From: an uncultured delta proteobacterium
Lineage (GTDB): Bacteria > Myxococcota > Kuafuiibacteriia > Kuafuiibacteriales > Kuafuiibacteriaceae
DNA length: 64,000 nt
NCBI GenBank assembly: GCA_963803435.1
Contig: CAWDML010000003.1
Span: 608,001-672,000, forward strand
Direction of reading: 5' to 3'
Made by a program: the position numbers and the translations under genes. Shown here piece after piece: positions 28,527-38,223 of this stretch. The notes under the pieces are model-generated. The model worked only from the letters and a program-made list of their open reading frames with translations, made no database searches and was not told the DNA's origin. The first letter of the stretch is position 1; each line of letters opens with the position of its first letter.

Positions 28527-29748
28527 TCAGGACTCCTCGTCGTCGAGGAGATTGGCGATCGCGCGCTTGGGAGCGCCGCGCCGATGGGCGGCGGCCTGCG
28601 CCGAGGTGAGATCGGCCGGTGGGAGATCGATGGGACCGGTGGTCTCCTCGGTTCGGCCCTGCTTCCGCGCGTTCGCCCGGGCCGCCGCCTCCTTGGCCTT
28701 CTTCTTCAGCTCGGCGATTCGCTTTCGCTTGGCCTCCTCCGGATCTTCTCGGGGTGCCTCCTTCTTCGGCGCGCGCGAGGGGATCCGGGCCTCCGGCCGG
28801 GGCTTGTTGCTCCCCAAATCGAAGCGAACGTTCTCCTTTCTTCGAGGGATGGGGGTGGTGATCGGCTTGCGCCGCGCCGGCCCGCGTCGGTCGTCCTCCG
28901 GCGGCGCCTCTCGGGTCACAGGGGCCGCCGCGGGCGGCGCGCTCTTCTTCTTCGGCTTGTTGCGGCGGCTGATCTTCACCGCGCCCCCGGTCTCCTCCAC
29001 CTCGAACGAGCCCTTGCCCACGCTCCGCCGCGAGCTCTTCAACTTGGCCACGGGCGGCAGCGTCCGCGGCGCCTGGGTCTCAGGCCTCTTCGCGTTCTCC
29101 TCCCCGATGCGCTTCGCCATCTCGGCTGCGTCGGTCGGGGCCATCATCGTGTTGGCTTCATCGCGGCGTGGCTCGGTGAGATCGAGCCCCTGCGCGGCGA
29201 ACAGCATCATCAACGATTGGGGTCCGTGCGCGAGCGCGTAGTCGGCCTCGTTCTCGTAGACCGGGAGCAGCCAGATGATCTCGATCTCCTGGCCCCGCGA
29301 CACCTGCGTCTTGTGGAAGCTCGAGACGAAGGGGATCGGCGGCATGAACAGGAGCGCGTCCATGTCGCAGAACTTCTTGAGCTCATCCGGTGCCCGCACG
29401 ACGTCGCCCTGCTGGATGACTTGGTCGTTCGTCTCGGCGAACAGCGCGAAGGAGGCGAGCATCCGGTGTACCGCCTCGAAGGCTTCGCCATCGGGCTCGC
29501 GCTTCAGGATCAGGATGCCCTCGAATCCGCCGCCCGTCCTTCATCGTGTACTGGGAGGCGCCGCAGGTCGCGAAGACCACCGGTGAATGGGGGCCCGCCG
29601 GCGCGAAGTACGCCAGGTTGAGCGCTTGCATGGGGGAGCCCGGGATCGGGCTTCCGGACACTTCGAAGACTTCGTCCGGCGGACCGAGGTGCTCCACCAA
29701 ATGCTTGCGGATGAGGAGGATGTCTTGGTTGGCGTCGAGGGCGACCAA
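28527..29748 (-). CDS. SUFU (suppressor of fused)-like domain protein with basic low-complexity tail; apparent +1 frameshift at 29523-29527
   Basis: IRKHLVEHLG, VFATCGAS, WLLPVYENEADYA..G..L; removing one base joins ORFs 29383..29748 and 28527..29462 (406 aa). Confidence 0.75.
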
Positions 29749-29761
29749 CCGCTCGACTATA

Positions 29762-32700
29762 CTACAAGCACTCGGCCGTGTACTCGACGCGGATCATCGA
29801 TCCGGGCTCCGGAACCGCGAACGGGCTGAAGTTGATCGCGTTCGTGCCGAAGTCATACGTCCAGTTCACCGTGCCGCCCGGCGAAACGGCCGGGAGGAGC
29901 ACACCGTCGATGTACACCTCGATCGTGGCGATCACGGGCTGATTGGTGAGGAAGAAGCGTGATTTGAAGCCGAACGCCGTCGTGGAGAGGTCCTCGAGGG
30001 CGTGAGACCAGTCGCTGGTGCACACCGACTGGAACACACCGCCGGTCCGGTTGGCGGTCGCGACGTAGCGCGAGCCGCTGGAGGCGGTGGCGCAACCGCC
30101 GGGATCGTCTCCCACGATCGCCGACGCCGAGAACAGGTTGGTGTTCCGGAAGCCTTTGATCGAGAGGAAGAAGTTCACGTAGAAGTCGAGCGCCTGGGGC
30201 GACTGGTCCTCTTCGTCGGAGATGAAGATGATCGACAGCACCGCGTCGGGACGGAGGAATCCCGCATTGTCGCTGAAGATCAGCGGGTTCGAGAGGGCCT
30301 CGTAGGCGCCCTCGAGGCCCTGCTCGAAGGCGCTCCCGTTGATGCCTCGCTGGATGTTGAGCGCGAAGAGGGACTCGGGGGACGGCAGCGACTGGGGCGT
30401 CACGACCTTGTTCGCGACCGGCCCGGCGAACGGCGTATCCGGCCCAGTGGCGTGGACCAGGCGGCCCATCTCACCGCCCAGATCCACGTCGGTGGTGGTG
30501 ACGCCGAGCTGATAGTCGAGGCCCTGGCTGTCCGCGAACTGGATGAACGCCTGGAAGTTCGAGGCGATCGACGTCTGCTCCTCGGACATGGAGCAGCTGT
30601 TGTCCATGACGAAGAGGATGTCGACCTTGGGCTTGCCGAGCTGCTCGAACTCGTCGATTTGGGTGGCGTCGATGGAACCGGCGCCCGCGAGGCTGACGAT
30701 GTACGTGACCGGCTGGCCGGCGAACTGACCTGTGATCTCGACTGCGCCTGCATAGGCGGAGATCGCGGCGGCCCGGAAGCCGACGTCGAAGGTGGTGGAG
30801 CCGCCGGGGGCCAGATCGAGCGGGCTACCGTTGAGCGGCGAGGGGAGGTTGGTCACGGTGAACGCGGTGGCGTTGCCGGTGATGGCGATGCTGTCGATCC
30901 GCGCGCTGCTCGAGCCCGTGTTGTAGATGGTGATCGTTCGGGCGCGCGCCGAGCAACCGACCCCGATCGTGCCGAAGTCGATGTCACGCGGAACGATCAG
31001 CAGCGTGGCGTCGGCGCCGGTACCCGACAGGTTGACGGTGTTGAACGGGCTGGTCGGGCTCGAGATCGAGAACTCGACCATGCCGCTGTTGTTCCCGAGC
31101 ATCTGCGGCGCGTACTCGAGGCGGATCGTGTAGGCGGACCCGGGCGGGACCAGGGCCGAGGTCACGTCGCCGTCGGGCAGCGAGAACTCCTGATCGGAGC
31201 CAGGCACCATGCGGGCCGACGTCACCAGGCAGTCGTCCTGCCCGGTGTTCCGGATCTCGAACGAGCGGCTGACGTTGCGACCGCGCTCGACCACGCCGAA
31301 GTTGAGCTGCTCCGGGTTCACCTCGAAGCTGCAGGGCGGAAGGCTGACGCCCTCGCCGACGAGGGTGACGGTGACCTCGGGCTCGTCCTGATCGTTGCTG
31401 CGGATGAGGAGCGTCGATTGGATGGGGCCGACCACGATGGGCTGGAACTCGACGGTGATGTCGAGGAAGTCGCCGACGGCCAGCAGTGCCCCAGCGGCGG
31501 TGGGTGCGGTGAACGCTCCGGTACCGGCGCCGTCCACGACGATCTCGCGGACCTCGAGGGGCTGGAAGCCCACGTTCTGCACGGTGACCGTGCGCCGCGA
31601 GGGGGCGATCAGCGAGACCAGGCCGAAGTTGAGGGTGGTGGGCAGGACGTCGATGTCCGGTCCGCCGCCGGTGCCGGTCAGCTCGACCACGATCGTCTTG
31701 AGCCGGACGTCGGGGTTGTCGGTCTCGATCTGGAGCTCGCCAGAGTCTTCACCGAGGCTGTCGGGGCAGTAGGTGACGTCGACGTCGACGCTGTCACCCT
31801 CGTCGAGGACCTGCACCTGGGGCTGCGCGGCGTCGTAGTCGGGGCTGGACTGCTGGCCGATCACCCAATCGATCACCGTGACCTGCTCGTTCGCGATGTT
31901 CTCGCAGCTCACCGTCCGCGTCAGGCAGGAGCCCGGGTTGACCTGGCCGAAGTCGAGGGCGGGCGGCGTGCAACGGAAGCCTTGCTCGATCCCGATCCCG
32001 TCGAGCTGCACGTTGACGTTACACTCGGCGATCTCGCCGGGGCAGCCGCGGAGGGTGAAGTTGCCGCGCTCATGGGTGCCTGCGACGTTGGGCGTGAACT
32101 GCACCTCCATCGTCGCGGTCTCGCCGGCGCGGAGCGTGAACGTGTTGTCCGGCCGGATCTCCCGATCGCGGAGCAGGATGCAGAAGGTCGAGGGGTCGGC
32201 GATGCCGGAGGTGCACAGGCGGACGTTGGCCGGCATGCGGCCGATCTCGACCTGGGCGTCGAGATCGCTGTTGTTCGACAGCGTCAGCGGCAACGTCTTG
32301 GTCGTGTTGATCACGACGTTCCCGAACGTGAGGGAGTCGGGGCTCACCACCAGCGCGGAGCTGACGCCGGTCGCGGTGATCTCGACGGTTGCGTCGTCGA
32401 CACCCTCGTCCGAGGAGCGGACCACGATCTGCGCCGCGTACTCCTGGAGCGCGATGGGCATGAAGGTCACGGTGATCGCCGCGACCCCGCTGGGTACCAC
32501 CGTCATCCGGTCGACGGAGAACGAGAAGGCATCATCGAAGGGCGTCCCTTCGTTCACGCTGCTCAGCGTCAGGTTGCCGGTGCCGGTGTTGCGAACGAGG
32601 ATGGTCTTCGTGACCGTCGTGCCGATCTGAACCTGTCCAAAGCTCAAGCTCGCGGGATCGAGCTCCATCTTGGGCTGAACTTTGTCGATCGTGACGGGGT

Positions 32701-32767
32701 CCTGGCAGCCCGCCCAGCTGACCGACAAGGCCAGCAGGGGGAGGGCGCGAGACAGCTTGAAGTGCAT
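29762..32767 (-). CDS. Lipoprotein with about 6 ASH/choice-of-anchor-D Ig repeats and a C-terminal VWA domain
   Basis: Lipobox WAGC; repeated P..L.FG.V...T..NxG; MIDAS motif DILFVMDNSCSM; FLRPDAVLSIIFISDEED. Confidence 0.88.
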   Translation of the reverse strand: MHFKLSRALPLLALSVSWAGCQDPVTIDKVQPKMELDPASLSFGQVQIGTTVTKTILVRNTGTGNLTLSSVNEGTPFDDAFSFSVDRMTVVPSGVAAITVTFMPIALQEYAAQIVVRSSDEGVDDATVEITATGVSSALVVSPDSLTFGNVVINTTKTLPLTLSNNSDLDAQVEIGRMPANVRLCTSGIADPSTFCILLRDREIRPDNTFTLRAGETATMEVQFTPNVAGTHERGNFTLRGCPGEIAECNVNVQLDGIGIEQGFRCTPPALDFGQVNPGSCLTRTVSCENIANEQVTVIDWVIGQQSSPDYDAAQPQVQVLDEGDSVDVDVTYCPDSLGEDSGELQIETDNPDVRLKTIVVELTGTGGGPDIDVLPTTLNFGLVSLIAPSRRTVTVQNVGFQPLEVREIVVDGAGTGAFTAPTAAGALLAVGDFLDITVEFQPIVVGPIQSTLLIRSNDQDEPEVTVTLVGEGVSLPPCSFEVNPEQLNFGVVERGRNVSRSFEIRNTGQDDCLVTSARMVPGSDQEFSLPDGDVTSALVPPGSAYTIRLEYAPQMLGNNSGMVEFSISSPTSPFNTVNLSGTGADATLLIVPRDIDFGTIGVGCSARARTITIYNTGSSSARIDSIAITGNATAFTVTNLPSPLNGSPLDLAPGGSTTFDVGFRAAAISAYAGAVEITGQFAGQPVTYIVSLAGAGSIDATQIDEFEQLGKPKVDILFVMDNSCSMSEEQTSIASNFQAFIQFADSQGLDYQLGVTTTDVDLGGEMGRLVHATGPDTPFAGPVANKVVTPQSLPSPESLFALNIQRGINGSAFEQGLEGAYEALSNPLIFSDNAGFLRPDAVLSIIFISDEEDQSPQALDFYVNFFLSIKGFRNTNLFSASAIVGDDPGGCATASSGSRYVATANRTGGVFQSVCTSDWSHALEDLSTTAFGFKSRFFLTNQPVIATIEVYIDGVLLPAVSPGGTVNWTYDFGTNAINFSPFAVPEPGSMIRVEYTAECL

Positions 32768-32924
32768 AGTGGCGTGGTCCCTTCGATCCCTCCGCGCGGG
32801 GTTGGGCGCGTGGAGGGGTTGAGTTCTTTTTCAAGAACTCGGCTCGGGCCGTACCTTAGACGACGGGCTCGAAAAATCTAGCGTCATCTGGGTGGGTGCG
32901 ACACACACTATGTCGTCCAAGACG

Positions 32925-33869
32925 TTACAGATCGGCCGACCTCGGCCCGGTCGGGTGGCGCGCGGCGATGCTGCGGAGCGTCACGACGTCTGCGTGCGCG
33001 CGGAGCCGGACGAACAGCTCCCGGAAGGCGCGACGCTTCGCCGCGACCCCGACGCGCAAGTCGGCTTGCGCAGCGGCCAGGTCGGCGGGAACGCCGGCGT
33101 CGGATCGGTCGAGCAGGTCGATCGGATGCATCTCGAAGTTGATGCAAGGCAGCTTGCGCAGCGCTCGATCCAGGAGCCGGTCTCTGAGGGTGCTCGGCAT
33201 GACGGTCCAGCTGGTGCCGAACAAGGGCAGCCGGGACGTGGGTTCGCAGGCCATCGGGATCTCGAGGAGGGCGCCCCGCGGGGATCGCTTCCAGGGACGG
33301 GCTGGAGTGGTGCGGTAGGGCTCGAGCGGTCCGGCGAAGGCGCGCGCGTCGCCGACCCGCGAGCGCGAGGGCCGGCCCGACAAGGCGTAGCGTCCGATCG
33401 CCAGGGCGCGAGCGGCCCAATAGGCAGGCGCCGGCAGGAGCGAGGAGTCGTAGCGGTAGCCGCGCGCGACCACCTGCTCGAGGAGCTCCGCCGAGACGTT
33501 GTAGCCGGGAGCACGGAAGCCCTCGAGCGGGCCGTCGGAAAGAGGCGCGAGCGCCTCCTCGGCCTGCGCCAGGTCGCGATCGATCTCCTGGCGGCTCCGC
33601 TCGATCATCCGGTAGTCGTGCGCGAACGAGTGGCTCGCGATCTCGCAGCCCAGCGTGCGGGCCGGCTTCAGGCGCTCGAGGTGCGCCCGGGTGTCGCAGC
33701 CGATCAGGAACAGCGTGGCGGGGACGCCGACGTCTTCGAGGAGCTCGAACAGGCGCGGCACCGCGGTCACGTAGATCGGATCGTCCTCGAGCGGTCCGGC
33801 GGGGAGGCCGTGGATCTCGCGGTAGAAGCGCAGGGAGTCGACGTCGACCGTGATCGCGGCGGCGGTCAT
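32925..33869 (-). CDS. Polysaccharide deacetylase family protein
   Basis: ITVDVD, ATLFLIG, EIASHSFAH, GFRAPGY, YDSS. Confidence 0.88.
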   Translation of the reverse strand: MTAAAITVDVDSLRFYREIHGLPAGPLEDDPIYVTAVPRLFELLEDVGVPATLFLIGCDTRAHLERLKPARTLGCEIASHSFAHDYRMIERSRQEIDRDLAQAEEALAPLSDGPLEGFRAPGYNVSAELLEQVVARGYRYDSSLLPAPAYWAARALAIGRYALSGRPSRSRVGDARAFAGPLEPYRTTPARPWKRSPRGALLEIPMACEPTSRLPLFGTSWTVMPSTLRDRLLDRALRKLPCINFEMHPIDLLDRSDAGVPADLAAAQADLRVGVAAKRRAFRELFVRLRAHADVVTLRSIAARHPTGPRSADL

Positions 33870-34594
33870 GGGGACGCTTGCCGCTTGACCCGGATCGCCC
33901 AGACGAGCTGCGCCAAGTTCTTCACGACGCGGGGTACCCGCTGCGTCAGCCGGATCGAGGGCTCGCGCTTCTCCAGCAGATTGAGCGGGATCTCGACGAT
34001 GCGGAGCTCAGCACGCTCGGCGCGGATGACGAGCTCGGAGGCGAACATGTCCTTGTCGACGACGCACCGCTCGACGATGGGGAGCAGCGCCGCCTTGCGG
34101 AACGCCTTGAGCCCGTGGGTGTCGGTGCCGCGGAAGCCGAGGGACACCCGCAGCATCCCGTTGATGATCCGCGTGGCGGCGCGCCGGCTGAGCGGCCGGC
34201 GGTCGCGCGCGCCCTTCATGACCTTGCTGCCGACGACGAGATCGAAGCCGCCGTCATCGCCGACGAGGAGCTCTCGGGCCCGGCGGTGGAAGTCGACGTC
34301 GCAGATGTCGATCTCGTCGCAGTGCACGTAGCGGCCGCGCGCCGCGAAGATGCCGGCCCGCAGCGCCGCCCCGTAGTTCGGCTCGGGGGAGCGGAGGAGG
34401 CGGATCTCGGGGAGATCGCGCCCAACGTCCTCGACGATGGCGGCGGTGTCGTCGTTCGAGCCGTTCTCGGCCACGATGATCTCGAACGGGCGACCGATCT
34501 TCTTGAGCCGCGCGTGCATCTCGCGCAGCGAGCCCTCGATGATCGGTCCTTCGTTGTGGACCGGGATCACGACCGAGATCTCGGGCTCAACCAT
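33866..34594 (-). CDS. Glycosyltransferase family 2 (DPM/DPG synthase-like)
   Basis: [40 protein letters not shown]. Confidence 0.9.
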   Translation of the reverse strand: MVEPEISVVIPVHNEGPIIEGSLREMHARLKKIGRPFEIIVAENGSNDDTAAIVEDVGRDLPEIRLLRSPEPNYGAALRAGIFAARGRYVHCDEIDICDVDFHRRARELLVGDDGGFDLVVGSKVMKGARDRRPLSRRAATRIINGMLRVSLGFRGTDTHGLKAFRKAALLPIVERCVVDKDMFASELVIRAERAELRIVEIPLNLLEKREPSIRLTQRVPRVVKNLAQLVWAIRVKRQASP

Positions 34595-35912
34595 GACTGG
34601 CCAGCTCCGCGGCCTCTCTCCCCTCGAGGATCGCGTCCTCCATGGCGTTGTATTGCCACCGGCCGTAGCGCCCGACGCTGACGATGCCGGCCGAAGCGAG
34701 CCAGTCGAGCACGGTCCTGCGGGCCGACTCGTAGTGGTCGTCGAACAGCACGTAAGCGGGAGACAAGACGTTGGGGATCATGAACAGGAGCTCGCTCTCG
34801 TCGTCGATGATGCCCAGCTTGCGGAGGCCGTCGACCACGGGCTGCTCGAAGCGGCTCGGGTCGACCTCGCCGTAGTGACCGAGCTCGACGTAGTAGCTGC
34901 GGCAACCCTCGGGCGCGAGCGATCGCTCGACGGCGGAGTACGAGCCGACCCGATAGAACGGGAAGTCCGGCTCGGGCAGGTAGATCCAGTGGTAGTCCTG
35001 ATGCGCCTTGGGCTCGCCGCGGATCGCGACGTCGAAGTACAGCACGGAGTTCGCGCGTAGCCGGCCGGCCGCCTCGACGACCTCGACGGGGACAGAGGCG
35101 GCGTCGCCGGCCAGGAGGAGGCGGATCAGATCGGGGAGAGGGATGGTGGTGACGAGCCGCTCGTACGCGATCTCCTCGCCGTCCTCCATGATCGCCGTCC
35201 GTTGCGGATGATCGATCCGGCGGGGCGTTCGGCCGCGCTCCGCCTTCCGGGCCAGGTCCGCGTGGAAGGCCTCCGAGAGGGCGCCGATGCCGCCCTTCTT
35301 GGGGTAGACGAACTCGGCGTTGTAGCCGAGCGCCTCCTTGGACAGGCCGAGCGCGCCGTCGATCACCGCGTCGATCGTCGGGCGCGGGATGTACTTCTTG
35401 GCGAAGTCGACGGCGAGGCTCTCGAGCGGCACCCCGTAGATCTTCTCGTTGTACGGGAACATGAAGTGCTTCGAGATACCCTCGCCGAACTCCTTTCGGA
35501 TCCACTCCTTGTAGTTTTTCGGCTCGGGGAGCGACTCCTCGTAGCGCGCGCGGATGAGGCCCTGCAGGCACTCGGCGACCACCTCCTTGGGGAGCCCGTG
35601 CGTGTTCGCCTGGAAGGGATAGAGCGTGAAGACGCCCTTCGAGTAGATGCGGGCCCGGCGGGCCCGGGGCGCGAGGTTGTCGCCGAGGAGCCGGTCCACC
35701 AGCGACTTCGTGTAGTCCTGGCGCAGGTGGAGCCAATGGCCCGTCCCGTCGCACAGAAAGCCTTGGGGTCGCGCGCGCGTCCGCGCCAGGCCGCCGACCG
35801 CCGACTCCTTCTCGATCAGCCGGTACCGCGACGGATCCTGGAGATGGTAGGCGCAGGAGAGACCGGAGAGACCCGCGCCGAGGATCAGCGTCGATACTCG
35901 CTCTTCCGGCAT
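34587..35912 (-). CDS. FAD-dependent oxidoreductase (protoporphyrinogen oxidase / UDP-galactopyranose mutase-like)
   Basis: ILGAGLSGL, GGLART, DGTGHWLH, PYNEK, VGRYGRWQYNAME; overlaps the GT2 gene. Confidence 0.82.
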   Translation of the reverse strand: MPEERVSTLILGAGLSGLSCAYHLQDPSRYRLIEKESAVGGLARTRARPQGFLCDGTGHWLHLRQDYTKSLVDRLLGDNLAPRARRARIYSKGVFTLYPFQANTHGLPKEVVAECLQGLIRARYEESLPEPKNYKEWIRKEFGEGISKHFMFPYNEKIYGVPLESLAVDFAKKYIPRPTIDAVIDGALGLSKEALGYNAEFVYPKKGGIGALSEAFHADLARKAERGRTPRRIDHPQRTAIMEDGEEIAYERLVTTIPLPDLIRLLLAGDAASVPVEVVEAAGRLRANSVLYFDVAIRGEPKAHQDYHWIYLPEPDFPFYRVGSYSAVERSLAPEGCRSYYVELGHYGEVDPSRFEQPVVDGLRKLGIIDDESELLFMIPNVLSPAYVLFDDHYESARRTVLDWLASAGIVSVGRYGRWQYNAMEDAILEGREAAELASHG

Positions 35913-35952
35913 CGGGCCGGCAGGCTGTCAGATCGCATCGATCAAGTCGACC

Positions 35953-37684
35953 TCAGAGGTCCCAAGAGGCGTCGGTCGCCTGCAACGCTCGCCGGATGTC
36001 GGCGGCGTCGGGCGCTGCGGGCGCGACGTCGACGTAGTGCTGCAGGTGGACGCGCGCGGCCGGATCGCCCTCGAACGCCAGCAGCGTTCCGAGCGTCCGG
36101 TGGCACTCGGCGAGGTCGGCCATCTCGATGCAGAGCCCGAGCAGGTGCTCGGCGCCCTCGACGTTCTTGGCGTGGAGGTGCTCGAGCGCGGCCGCCAGCA
36201 TCTCGGCGGCCTCCGCCCGATCTTTCGCGGAGGGAATTCCCTTTTCCGTGGGGTACTGGAACTTGGGTTCGACGACCGGATCGGTCGCGCCGGCGACCAG
36301 GACGATCGTCGGCGGGGATCGATCGCTGAGCCGGATCAAGTACCCACCGGCCACGCCCGTCATCAGCGCCGCGACCGCCACCAGGATCCAGGAGACGGTG
36401 CGCAGGCGCGGCGGCGCCGGCGCGCGCTGGGCGCGGGCGCGATCGAGATCCTGGTGGAGGCGGCCCACCTGGCGGAGGAGGCGGGCGACCTCGGGGCTGG
36501 TCGCCTCCGGGGGTTGGGTGGGCTCGAGGATCGACGCGAGATCGCGGGGCTTCATCACCTCGTGGGCGAGGTCGAGGTCCAGCTGCGTCAGCTCCTCCCC
36601 CGAGACCACCTCCGGGTGCACCAGGGCGGGGAAGGACGGGAGGGTGGCGTCGGTCCGCACCGGCGGATCGGCCTGCGTGGCGTCGGCGTCGGCGGCGTGC
36701 GGCGCGAGGAGCGGCGGAATCCTGCGCGCCGAGGTCGAGGTCGTGCGCCAACGCCTCCCACGAGGTGCTCACCGGCATCTTCTCGACGTGCTCGCTGAGC
36801 GTGTCCGAGTCGAGGACGTCGCCGGTCAGCGTGTGGAGGGCGACCTGGACCTGGCGCGCGCTCGGGAACCGGTCCGCAGGATCGTGCGCGAGCATGCGCT
36901 TGAGGATCGGCTCGAGGTCCGGCCAGCGTCCGTCCTCGGGGAAGCGCGCCCAATCGATCTCGAGGGCGGTCTGCAGGACCTGGAGGATGGGGGCGCCGCG
37001 CGGGAGCTTCTTCGCCGGACCGGTCGCGCCCAGCTCGTAGAGGAGGCGGCCGAGGGAGAACTGATCCGAGAGACCTGTCGGCGTGCGGCCTTCAATCACC
37101 TCGGGCGCCATGAAGCCGGGGCTGCCGAGCAGGTCGCCCTGTCGGGTGATGCCGGTGGCCTCGGAGAGGCCGCTGATGCCGAAGTCGGTGATGATGGGTT
37201 GACCGCTCCGATCGATCAGGATGTTGGCGGGCTTGATGTCGCGATGGACGACGCCGGCCTCGTGCAGGTGGCCCAGCGCGTCGGCCAGCTGGGCGCCGAG
37301 CACGCAGAGCGGCTGGAACGAGAGCGCGCCCTGGCGACGGATCGTCAGGAGGCTGACGCCTTCGATGCGCTCCATCGCGAGGTAGAGGACGCCCTCGGTC
37401 TCGCCCGAGGCGATCAGCTTGACCACGCCGGGGTGATGGAGCTGCTCGAGGATCTTGGCCTCGCGCAGGAAGCGGGCGACCAGGAGCTCGGCGCGATCCG
37501 GATCTCCGTAGGGGCGGATCACCTTCAAAGCGACCCGTGTGCCCTGGGGCGCCACGGCGTCGAAGACCACGCCCATTCCGCCCCGCCCGAGGACGCCGGA
37601 GATCGCGAAGGGGCCGATGCGCTCCGGCAGCTGGGCAGCCAGCGCCGGAGACGCGCCCGACACGGGGCTGGGCGTCGTCGGCAC
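35953..37684 (-). CDS. Membrane Ser/Thr kinase with C-terminal TPR-like domain; apparent +1 frameshift at 36717-36721
   Basis: LGRGGMGVV, VALK, HRDIKPAN, DFG, FMAPE; the corrected frame continues into ORF 35953..36660 with a TM helix (576 aa). Confidence 0.85.
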
Positions 37685-37745
37685 TCTTGAGATTCTCCGC
37701 GGGATTGAGCTGTTTCCGCAAGGTGAGCGGTGATAACGAGAGGGA

Positions 37746-38141
37746 ATGAAGCTGAAGCTCGATCACGTCGCGGTGGCGGTGCGCGACGTCGAGGCGGCCC
37801 GACGGAACTTCGAGAAGCTCGGGCTGGAGCTGGACCGGATCGAGGAGGTGCCCGATCAGAAGGCGCGGGTGGCCTTCTTCGACGTGGGCTCGGCGCACCT
37901 CGAGCTGGTGGCGCCGATGGAGGAGGGCGCGGTTTCGCGCTCGATCGACCGGCGGGGTGAAGGGCTGCACCACATCTGCCTCGAGGTCGATGACCTGGAG
38001 CAGGCGCTCGCGCTGGTGAAGGCTGCCGGGATCGGGCTGGTGGACGAGAACCCGCGTCCGGGCGCCGGCGGGACGAAGATCGCGTTCGTGCACCCGAAGG
38101 GTTTGAACGGTGTCTTGGTGGAGCTGGTCGAGAAACCGTGA
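37746..38141 (+). CDS. mce: Methylmalonyl-CoA epimerase
   Basis: LDHVAVAV, LELVAP, GEGLHHICLEV, IAFVHPKGLNGVLVELVE. Confidence 0.92.
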   Translation: MKLKLDHVAVAVRDVEAARRNFEKLGLELDRIEEVPDQKARVAFFDVGSAHLELVAPMEEGAVSRSIDRRGEGLHHICLEVDDLEQALALVKAAGIGLVDENPRPGAGGTKIAFVHPKGLNGVLVELVEKP

Positions 38142-38223
38142 CCGCGACCACCCGGCCACGGAATGGCTCGCAAACAAAACCAGCGTTGAGCGCGATGTGA
38201 GCACGTGCTAACTGCGCGCCACG

